The notes beneath the pieces were generated by a model. The model ran no database searches. It was not told the DNA's origin and was given only the letters and a program-made list of their open reading frames with translations. Position numbers and translations under genes: made by a program. From Macrostomum hystrix (Eukaryota; Animalia; Platyhelminthes): DNA of 64,000 bases. Shown here piece after piece: positions 48,867-59,914 of this stretch (position 1 is its first letter; each line of letters starts with the position of its first letter). The stretch lies in the NCBI GenBank assembly GCA_950097015.1, contig CATNEN010000011.1, positions 2,852,001 through 2,916,000 on the forward strand. The letters are read 5' to 3'.

Positions 48867-51800
48867 AACAAAATGAAAGTATGTTGCTGCTCAGACTCAG
48901 CATCCAGTGGCCCATCGCTGGAAAATCTCAAGCAGGAGCTTCAAATGGATGAGCACAAAATAGAGCTGGAAGAGCTGTTCTCAAGGCTGAGTGTCCGCCC
49001 AGATCAAGGCCTGTCAGTCCAGGAGGCCGCCAAACGACTGGAGAAGTTCGGGCGCAACGAGCTGACGCCGCCAAAGCAGACACCTGAGTGGGTGAAATTC
49101 GCCAGGGCCTGCTTTGGCGGCTTCTCCCTGCTGCTGTGGATCGGCGCCAGTCTGTGCCTAATCGCCTATGGCATCGAGTTTGGCTCATCTGACAGCCCTC
49201 CAGCTGACAACCTGTACCTCGGCATCGTACTGGTGCTTGTTGTGCTTGTCACCGGCATTTTCTCTTACTACCAGAACGCCAAGTCCGCCAAGATCATGGA
49301 CAGCTTCAAGAAGATGGTGCCTCAGAATGCTCTGGTGATGCGCGATGGTCAGAAGGTGCACATCCCGTGCGAGGAGGTTGTGCTTGGAGACATTGTTTTC
49401 GTCCAGCTCGGAGATAGAGTCCCAGCCGATGTGCGTGTGATCGCCGCCCAGAGCTTCAAGGTGGACAACTCAGCGTTGACGGGCGAGTCGGAGCCGCAGT
49501 CGAGGACGCCGGAGTGTACAAGCGACAACCCGCTGGAGACCAAGAACCTCGTCTTCTTCTCCACCAATGCTGTGGAAGGTAAATACACAATAGACTGTCT
49601 TCTGCTTAAGTTGCCTCCCCTAATCAATGTCACGCGCCTTAATAGGCACCTGCACAGCCATCGTGGTTGCCACTGGTGACACAACTGTGATGGGTAGAAT
49701 CGCCAATCTGACATCGGGTATCGGCGATAAAGTGACTCCAATTGCCATTGAGATTGAGCACTTCATTCACATCATCACTGGCGTGGCCTTCACCCTCGGC
49801 ATCGTGTTCTTCGCCATTGCCTTCGCCCTGCAGTACTACTGGCTAGATGCTGTCATCTTCCTGATTGGCATCATCGTTGCCAACGTGCCTGAAGGTCTCC
49901 TGGCCACGGTGACTGTGTGCCTGACGCTCACTGCCAAGAGGATGGCGGCCAAGAACTGCTTGGTTAAGAATTTGGAGGCCGTGGAGACTTTGGGATCAAC
50001 CAGCACGATCTGCTCAGATAAGACAGGTAATAAGCAGTTTTTTGTCTTGAAAAGTACATCTGAAAGTGAATTTAATTTGGTGTAAGCAATAGTCATGTGA
50101 TTAGTAGATTCATTCACACTTTCTAGTTAACAATTTTTTAATGACCTTTATAAGTGTAGATGGGTATTTTATAGTATATCTGATGATTGAATTAATACCG
50201 TTGTGATGACATGAATGCACATAAATGTACATCCCAATTACCCTTCCTCACCTTGGTCGGAACTGAGGTTAGCCTCTAAATAAGAAAATTACACCTCAAG
50301 GTGAAATAAATGCTCAGCTTGGCCCCACTAACCAATTGGTTTGAATTTACTTGGAAGACTTTAACTGTAATAGGTTTGTTTGACTGGACTGACTTATTGT
50401 AATTGTTGATTGAGATTCATTTTTATAGTAACCTTCATTTATAGCTTTGGATCCTATGTACTCTGTGGCTACTGAACATTTTATGTGGCTAATAAACACT
50501 CTCTGTGACGAACGAACATGATCTGTTACTGATGAACACTGTGACTTTGTTTAACTCTGACCGCTTAACACTCTTAAACACTTAAACACATTGTGTCGCA
50601 ACGGAGAACGCCCAAGCGTAAACCTGCTTATTTAACTGTGGACATTCACCACATTCACCAACAGGCACTCTGACGCAGAACCGCATGACGGTGGCGCACA
50701 TGTGGCTGGACAACAAGACGATCGAGGCTGACACCACGGAGGAGCAGAAGCACGCCCAAGTGGACAAGGACAGCAAAGGCTGGCAGGCGCTGAGCCGCTG
50801 CGCCATGCTGTGCAACCGAGCCGAGTTCAAGTCGGGCGAGGACGACAAGCCCGTGCTGAAACGCAAGTGCAACGGCGACGCCTCGGAGAGCGCCATTCTC
50901 AAGTGCACCGAGCTCAGCGTCGGCAACGTGATGAACTACCGCGAGAAAAATCCGAAGGTGTGCGAGGTGCCGTTCAACAGCAGCAACAAGTTCCAGGTGT
51001 CCATTCACCGCACAAACGACGGCGATCCTCGCTACCTGCTGGTGATGAAGGGAGCACCTGAGCGGATTCTGGACCGCAGCTCCACCATCTACATTGACGG
51101 AGAGGAGTTGGACATGGACGACAAGTGGAAGGAGGCCTTCAACAGAGGCATGGGCGAGCGAGTGCTGGGCTTCTGCGACCTGCGACTTCCGGAGGCCGAC
51201 TATCCCGACGGCTATCAGTTCGACCCGGACGAGATGAACTTCCCGGTGTCGAACCTGCGCTTCGTTGGCCTCATGTCGATGATCGACCCTCCGCGCGGCG
51301 CCGTGCCGAGCGCCGTGGCCAAGTGCCGCTCAGCTGGAATCAAGGTCAGCTATTGTGATTTTCATTCTCGTAGACAACTCATGATTCCTAGCGTCAGAAA
51401 ATTATACGATGCTCAAATATATTGTTTTAGTGAAAAAAAATACTTTACAATTGCCAGCTACACATTGCATGCAAACATTTTTTACCTGACAATCATGCAG
51501 GTGATTATGGTGACTGGCGATCATCCGATCACCGCAAGGGCCATCGCTCACAACGTCGGCATTATCAGTGCTCAGAGTAGAACCGTTGAAGATATCGCCA
51601 AGGCGAGAAATATCTCAGTTAACGACGTGAACCCTCGTGAGGCCCAGGCGTGCGTTGTGCACGGCTCAGACCTACGCGACTTGAGCCCCGAGCAGCTGGA
51701 CGACGTGCTGACGAACCACTCGGAGATCGTGTTCGCCAGGACCAGCCCGCAGCAGAAGCTCATCATCGTCGAGGGCTGCCAGCGCCAAGGCCAGATCGTG

Positions 51801-53084
51801 GCGGTGACGGGTGACGGAGTGAACGACTCGCCAGCGCTGAAGAAGGCCAACATTGGCATCGCCATGGGCATCTCCGGCAGTGACGTCAGCAAGCAGGCAG
51901 CCGACATGATCCTGCTTGACGACAACTTCGCGTCAATAGTGACAGGAGTCGAGGAGGGCCGCATCATATTTGACAACCTGAAGAAGTCCATCACATACGT
52001 GCTCACCTCCAACATCCCGGAGCTGGTGCCGTTCTTATCCTACGTATTCGCCGGGGTTCCGCTGCCCCTAGGAACCATCACCATTCTGTGCATCGACCTC
52101 GGCACAGACATGATTCCCGCAATCTCGCTGGCCTACGAGGGTGCTGAGAGCGACATCATGAAGCGTCGGCCGCGAGACCCTAAGAACGATCGGCTGGTGA
52201 ACGCTCGACTCCTCGGCGTCGGTTACGCCCAGTGCGGAGTCATCCAGACAGCTGGCGGCTTCTTTGTTTACCTGGTGGTGATGGCCCAGAATGGCTTCCT
52301 GCCTCACCGACTGCTCAATCTCAGAGCCCAGTGGGACAGCAAGGCGGTTGGCGATCTGGCGGACAGCTACGGCCAGGAGTGGGTAAGTTTTTTACTGTGT
52401 GAGCTTGTCACCTGCTGGTTGCTTTCTCGACTGCAAGAGTTGCTGTAATGCTTCATTCGCTGCTCAAGAGTCAAGGACCACTAGAAGAAGAAGAACTATC
52501 TGCTTATAGTTGCTGAAAAGTACATACAACTATTCAGTTGTTTTTCACTATTTACGACGTGTTATCACCCTATACTAAAGTTCTAATTGCTCTAAAACGG
52601 ACCAGTTTTTTCTGTAGCTGCTCAGGTGTGTTTCTAACTTAGGTAATTAAGAACTTATTAAGGAACACATTTTTTAAATTAACAGTTTTGTTAACATTTA
52701 TTATGAATTCCAACAAACTTTTTACAGACCTACAATCAACGTAAACGGCTGGAGTTCACCTGTCAGACCGCATTCTTTACCGGCATCGTCATGACACAGT
52801 GGACAGACCTACTAGTGAGAAAGACATGCCGCAACTCATTCCTAGAGCAGGGTATGTTCAATCACGAGGCCACATTCGCGCTGTTTTTTGAGACCGGCCT
52901 AGCCTTGTTTCTGTCCTATTGTCCCGGCATTGATACCGGTCTTCACACGCAGCCGCTGCACTTTGATTGGTGGCTTCCGGCTGCTCCATTCGCACTTTAT
53001 CTCTTCTGCTATGACGAGTTGCGCAAGTATTTTATTCGCAATCTGCCGCCCGGTAATTGGGTGGAAGAGAATTTGTACTTTTAA
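48867..53084 (+). CDS. ATP1A: Na+/K+-ATPase alpha subunit, copy 4; exons 48867-49578, 49646-50026, 50665-51344, 51501-52382, 52728-53084; first in-frame ATG at 48873; 18-bp in-frame deletion in the N-domain exon
   Basis: All P2C motifs are present and the phases join. The N-domain exon is 680 nt rather than 698 nt. No 12-nt start microexon like those of copies 1-3 was found upstream. Confidence 0.9.
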
Positions 53085-53780
53085 GTAGTTTTCATGGATT
53101 TTTAGCCTCATGCTGACTGACAAGTTTTATATCCATTTTCCAGAAGAAATCTGTAATGCATTTTATGGTTGAGTTTTTGTAATTTTTCATTTCTATCCTG
53201 CAATATTAATATAATTTGAGATGCCTTTAATCTGCGTGTGATTTTTTTTCGATACCTTCGTATTTAAAATATTTCAAAAAATAATCATCAAATGATTGTG
53301 TATTATTTGGTACATTGTACTATTATAATAATATATTATGTCAAAATGTTTTTTTCGAAAATGATAATGCTTTTTTGATAGACATATAATCGAGCTGTTT
53401 CTATCAAAATTAAAAAGATTAAAAAAATTGTAAAGATCTCTTATGCAACAAATTGAGTCCTCGCAGTAAGAGCCCATTCATACGGCAGTGAGCCAATTCA
53501 GGCGGAGAGTCAAAATATATTCAAGTTTAACAGAGCTAAAATTGGAAGGGGGGTTGGTTAGAAGGGTAACATGTGCGCGGACTGGCCAAAGGTAAGAGAT
53601 GAAACGCAGGGGAAGGAAAGAGAGACAATCAGAGCCGAGAGGGAAGATAAAGCTGATAAATAAATTGAACAGGCAGGGGAGAGAGGAGAGAGTACATTAA
53701 GATGGCGCGCGAAAGGAGAAACCAGGGAGAAGTTAATACATTTCGTCTTTTTGTGTAAGAATGAAGTTGGGAAAGAAAAA

Positions 53781-53823
53781 TCAAGGACTACTAAACAACA
53801 CTGTGTTGTCTAGTAGTCCTTGA
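53781..53823. other. 43-bp near-perfect palindrome flanked by a GAAAAA direct repeat
   Basis: TCAAGGACTACTAAACAACAC-T-GTGTTGTCTAGTAGTCCTTGA, with one mismatch. gaaaaa lies at 53775-53780 and 53824-53829. Confidence 0.8.
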
Positions 53824-56800
53824 GAAAAATACTGAACTCCAAGCATTACAAATATTTCAAGCTAAATACAGCATAATGACGAAAAAGCTAAAATTTAGAA
53901 AATGCGTAAAAAAGAAGGAGAAAAGTGCTCCTAAAAGAATTTATTGAATACGCGTAGCTGTTAAATATGGAATTTCACGATCTAGTTGGGCAACGCTTAA
54001 GCGTATGTCATCTGCGAATATGTTTTTACACTAGATTTTAAGCGACTAGTAGCTAGAAATCACGTAACTGCGTTTATCTCTACCTGAAGAAACTTTGCCT
54101 CGAAACATTTAAACATGCTCCCGATACTGGATGTGGATTACTTGTATCTAACTCCAAATTCAAAGCAATTCAGTAGCAGTTATCGATTGTCGCAGTTAGC
54201 ACAGTTCTCAAATAAAAAACAATAATTAATTTTTTGCAAAACATATGTGTAACTTTTTATAGATTACGGCGATTATAAGTGTTTTTAATGATGTTAATTG
54301 ATTAACTGTGCAGTTATTTACATTTAAAGTTAGTGTTTCTTTGAAATGCTAACCTTGTGTCTTGTCTTGACCATCAAGGATCAAGCTATAAAAAGTCGAC
54401 GCAAGGAGTACTAGGTAGTAGTAGTAGGTACGCGTAAGCTGGAATCAAAAACGTGCCATAGTAAAGAATGAAAGAAAAATTGCAATTTTGCAATAAATGA
54501 TTTGTAACTTGTACTTATTTTGTAATTAATTTTGTATAATTAATTTGTAATTATTTGTAACTGTCATTTATTTGTCTTGTTTCTGAGTTGACTAAAATGG
54601 CTAAGTTGAAATTTTCGCTCCACCTCCATGCCATAGCTCGGAACACTTTGTATGTACCCCGGAAAAAAATGAACTACATTTTTGATGTACACCGATGTAC
54701 GCCATATAATGGGTGTGTAACATTGCAGTGTCCCAAAAAGGGTAACATTTTGTGTGCTAACTGTGAGTGATCCGTTTTGCCTGCCACCCTATAGTTCAAC
54801 AACAGTTCGACGGAAATTTCCGGGGTACATGCCATCTTCCAGACTATGGCGTCCATGTCATTGTCAAAATGGCAAAAGGAAAAGAATTGTAGGACAAGAA
54901 AAGGAAAAGGAAAAGCTGGCTTTTTAGTTGATAAAGCATATATATAACTCTAATTCCATTAGCGTAGGCCAACTAACTAAGCTTATTAAAATTTAGATGT
55001 GTATGCCATCCTAAACAAACACCATTACATCAACAACATGGTCATGTTTATTCACACTTTCAAGTCTCACATTTTGCAACCAAGCTTATGTTATAGGCCC
55101 CTAAGTGATTTAATTTTTGCAACACAGAATATTACAGCTAGGCTAGTTAATTAGTCTAAACAAATAGCTTCTCAGTAAAAATCTGAATATATATTAAATA
55201 TAAGATACTATGGATAAGGGATGACCTTGTAGAGGTTTTTCGGTAATGAGGTGAGAGCAAGGCGGTGGTTCAATTGGTTAATGGGTTTATAGAATAATGT
55301 TATTGGAATCTAGAAAAAGGGGTTAGGCCTAGTGAAGAGATTCCAGCTGAGCTGCTGTATATTTATAATGTTGAGATAATCTTCCGGAAAGTTCTAGAAA
55401 AATATAATGCATTATAACAAAATGATTGTTAAGAAAATACTGCTAGTTATTTATCGCTAGTTTTAACAGCAGAATGCGAATACTTGTTAATAATTAAATA
55501 TATTGAAATACAGTAAATGGGAAATTGTTTCAGACACAGAACTTTCTAGAAAATGTACAAATAGAAATTTCTCGAAGGTCACTACAACCTTTTGGCAATG
55601 TTCGACTTCCATTCATTATATTATTTTTTTATTTGAATTTGTGCCACACTTGCATTCTGAGTTTGAAAAAGTTGTGCTGACATGGCTTTGCCATGACTTG
55701 ACACTTGGATCCATCTATGTCTATGGCATTCTGAGTGTGAAAAAGTTGTGTTTATGTGGCTGAAATTACTTAGACACTTGGATCTATGTCTATGGCAAAA
55801 TCTGGCAAATATGGGGTACAGGAAGCTAAAGCACAGAAATTCTGTAGCTAAAGATTTTGCAAGACCTTGCATTCAAATAAATCATTCTTTGCCTTAACTA
55901 TGGCTGGACAACCTACAGCCCCATCTGCATTTATGCTGCCAAATGGAATACTGAATGCTGTGGAGCTGCTGAACCTGACTGTAGATAGGTGGTTCATGAT
56001 CATCTCATTAAAAGATGAGGATAATCTTTTTATATCATCTGGAACAACTTAAGAAATGTTTATAGCATAGTAGTTTTAGTATTATATAGTGTTATAACAT
56101 GTGTTATTAAAGCCTATGACTAAGCCCAGTCACCCAAATGACTACAACTCAGTATGAATGAGCCTTCAATCTTTATGTCAAGGGTCACAGATTAGACATT
56201 ATACTCACATTTGGCTATATCCACATTGACTAGACTTGTATTATAGATAGATATGGCCTATGATAGAGATAGTGCAATAGGCTTAAAGATAGAACATTAC
56301 AGAGTTCTGACCATTTTAGTGATATGTTAGGATATGCTGCAAGAGATAGGGCGAAGGAGGGATAGTGCAAAAGAGGAATCATATAGCAATGATTGACAGT
56401 TAAATAGGTGTTCAAGAAGGCTAGGTCTGACGGGTTTGTTAGGTTTTTTGGCATTGCCCACCCTTAGTCCTTAAATGTATATAGTAGCTTATAAATAAGA
56501 TTATATAATTCATAAAAGCCACACTAAATTAGGGGCAGGCCTATGCCTCACCCTAGAGTTATATACCACATAAAAATGTGGTAGTCTCAGCTACCATATC
56601 ATTCAATTTAAATAAATCCTGACATAGCATAGATCTTATTGCACATTCACTTTTGAATCTGGTCCACTTCAGTGTCAAACCAGTTTAGCAACAACAATTT
56701 TGGAAACAAGTCATTTTGTCAATAACCATTTTGCAGCAAAAATTGTAATTTTGATTCAAGCAGATATTTATCTTTGCTCAAATTCTGTACAAAGTTCATG

Positions 56801-57084
56801 GACACGCCTCAGGATATATCAAATTTGGACTCAAAAATGTGTTGCACCAAGCTTACAACAGCTTTTGACTGTGCATGCCTATTGGAAAAACAACATTGGG
56901 GAGCTAGGCTGTGCTGCCCCAAGCCCAATTGTGTTCCAAGCCAACCAGAATCAACCAGAAACCATGCTAGGCCTGTGTCCATCTAAAATGACTTTTTTCC
57001 TATAGGGAAAATAATGTGTCCCTTAATTTAAGCTTACTTAATATATTTAGAGGTTTTGTCTTTACAATGATAATAAATGCACAT

Positions 57085-57480
57085 TAGCAGTAGGACTACC
57101 AAACCATTTTGCTACTCGTTTTTTTACCAAGAGGGTGGAAAGTTCCCTTCCCCATTTTTTAGTAGTGTCTGAATGCTAACAGTGTTAGCTGGTGACTGAT
57201 CGGTTGAGAGACTAGGCGATGGTGTACTATGGTCAAGCTGTGCCTAATATTTAGGCTTGATCAGTGAAACTGGAGACATTAGCGTCAGGGTGTCCATAGT
57301 GGCCTATTTCCACTTGTTGTAGCCCTTGAAGGTCCTGATAAATGCATATTGATAAAGGCAGACCGAGATGATGCAGGTATATTGGGTGACATTCTGATAA
57401 ATTTTAAATGCTTGGCAAGGCCACGCTGAGGCGCAGAGATAATTTTTGTGTATGGGGGTATGAAACGCATTAGCGCAAAT
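57085..57480 (-). repeat. Second, inverted copy of the 45563-45965 dispersed repeat
   Basis: Block-by-block reverse-complement similarity over about 400 bp. Confidence 0.7.
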
Positions 57481-57988
57481 ATCTTACCTATCTTTCAGAA
57501 GCTGTTCAACAAAAATTTGTCCTATTATAGTACAGCAATATAAAGCATACTTTTTGGTTGGGAAAGCTTATTGATTGTGAAGACTTTTTGTATTGTTAAG
57601 AAGGGAAAGAAAATTAATGAGCTGCCTACTAGTGAACTATAGGCGGAATTATTATTTCCGCCTATATTTCACACTTACAAATTATGGTCACCCTAAAAAG
57701 GGCCGTTTTAACTACTAACTGACTAATTGTATAATCTCGTTCTCTGGTACGAGCGGTTTCCCATTCTAAGGCACTCCACTCTCTTATCACACCGAATCCT
57801 CACCCTGGATTTGAGGATCACAGCCTCAACTTCATGTGCAGTTCATACATTTTTGTTGACACTACTTTTTCAGGTTAAAATATCTTCAATATTATAATCA
57901 GTACAGAGAAAAAAAAGAGATTACTGTGAGAAATTACAGCTCTTTATCTACTGGCCAATCGGAACAAAGCCATTTGAGCTACAGCTTG

Positions 57989-58337
57989 ATGGCATCAAAC
58001 AATGGCAGCGGTGGCAGTGCAATGCTATCTAGTATTGCAGAATCTGACCACGCTACTAATGGAGACTCATTGCACGAAGAAGATCATGATGACAGTGTCG
58101 CAGACTCCGATCTCCCTAGGGTAAGATAAGCCGCATGCTAATTAAGTCAAAGAACATTATGTAATATTACTGAATAAGAACTTGTCTTAATCTGTCCTAG
58201 CATTTCCCAGCTCTAATTAGTAAGCTTTTCCCTTTAACAAAACACAATTTCCGAACCATAAATAATAAATATTTCAGCAGACTGAACAAATTGTAGCTGT
58301 AGACCGAGCTAATGCAGTTGATGAAACTGTTTCCTCC
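57989..58337 (+). CDS. Putative first two coding exons (57989-58120, 58278-58337) of an unidentified low-complexity protein
   Basis: ATG to AGG|GTAAGA (44 codons, phase 0), then TTTCAG|CAG...TCC|GTGAGT (20 codons, phase 0). No recognisable domain. Confidence 0.35.
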
Positions 58338-58517
58338 GTGAGTAAAGCAAATTTTTGGAATTAGAATCTCCGCGTTTTTTGCAGTGTTTTATGTTCTGTG
58401 GGGAAAGGGTTTGGTGCTTGTGTCATGCTTCTGAATTGGTTTTATTTTTATGATAGGGCTTATTGCTTTGTTGCATACAATTTCTAATTTATTACCGCAT
58501 AGAATATACTCGTAGTT

Positions 58518-59356
58518 CCCGCTGGGACTCAACTCCGACATAGTGCAGATGAAATTCGGCTCTAAAACGGCTCAAAATCGGGTCGAAATTACATTTAGTG
58601 TGAATTTCGGTCCGAAATCGAACCAACAGTCTGCAAAGTGTCGGATCAAAATCGGCTGACTGTCGGGAAAGTTTTAGACGACGACTCACCCGAATTTCAT
58701 TCCTCGTTTGATGCTTAAACAGTTTTTTACCTTGCTTTGGCTACCAGTTGCTGCGCATGCAATCAGCAGGAATGCAGATTATATTTTCTGACGGTTCTTA
58801 GTATTTATTGTAAACCCAAGTGTCATTATAATTAAACTAACAAAATAACTGTTAGCAGTGCAAAAATCTGAAAGGTGTCCTGATCGCGACATGATCTTGT
58901 CTACAGTGTACTGTCTTTTTACTTTTTTTGCCGTTGCGTACAAAGATCGTATTGGGTAATTTTCTATGTTTTCTATTTCCACACGAGCAGTTGGTCCGAC
59001 ATGCACAGATGAATATCGATGAAAATCGGACGGGTATACATCGTCATATTTCTGCACAGGTGAAAGTCGGAGTTATTTCGGGTGAAAGGCGTCGTTACGA
59101 ATTTTTGAAAAATCGATGAGTTGTCGATTTTCTCGTGCCGATTTTTCACTTTTGGTCCGACAAAAACCGATGAAAATCGTACAAAGATGAATGTTGGTCC
59201 GTTTTTCATCTTTTGTTTGCGACTTTCGTCTGCCCAAAATCGACCCGACGGCACCGACGCCTCAACAAGATGAAAATCGGGAATAAATCGGCCCGATTTT
59301 CCCTTTCTTTGTGACGGGCCGTTTAAAGTTGAATGTCGTAGTTGAGTCCCAGCGGG
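58518..59356. mobile_element. Non-autonomous DNA transposon (MITE), 839 bp, with 24-bp TIRs; CMC/EnSpm-like by its ends
   Basis: TIR cccgctgggactcaactMcgacat at both ends (1 mismatch), TT on both flanks (2-bp TSD-like), and repeated internal gatgaaaatcgg motifs. Confidence 0.78.
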
Positions 59357-59369
59357 TTATTAACCTATT

Positions 59370-59475
59370 AGGGTCAGCATGTACAGCTGTTCTGTCTATG
59401 GACTGGGGAATCCGCCAAAATGTCTTCCACGACTGATGCTGGTACCCATCTTAAGTGTCTTGCTCAATGCCACAG
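59370..59475 (-). mobile_element. Fragment of second SINE-like family
   Basis: ctgttctgtctatggactgg and ttaagtgtcttgct match blocks at about 20010 and 25010. Confidence 0.4.
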
Positions 59476-59914
59476 TCTTAAACCCATAAATACTATATAC
59501 TTTATAATAATAATTTTCATATGAACACAATTCCCAGGTCGCAGTTTCTAGAGGCACAGATTCAGGCTTTTTCCGACTATTTCGACGCAGCCAACCTTTC
59601 AGATCTGCTAGGAGACAGAAAACAGGCCAGTTGTTTAGCGATGTTTAGTCCAATTTGATCAATGTACTATTTACTTTATCTAATAATATTTTGTACTATT
59701 CATATTAGATCAGCGACCAAGAATCCGGAAGTACAATTTATTGTCTCGCGACAAGCTCAAGGTGCCTATGCGAAACAGCTCGGGGCATTATCTGAGTGAG
59801 CAGGGCCGGCCGCTGGTGGATATCGGATCCGATGAGAAGTGAGACATCGGTTCTTTTACTTAACTTTATGTTGTCGATTACTTTAATTAGGATTGATTTA
59901 AATAGGAAACTAAC

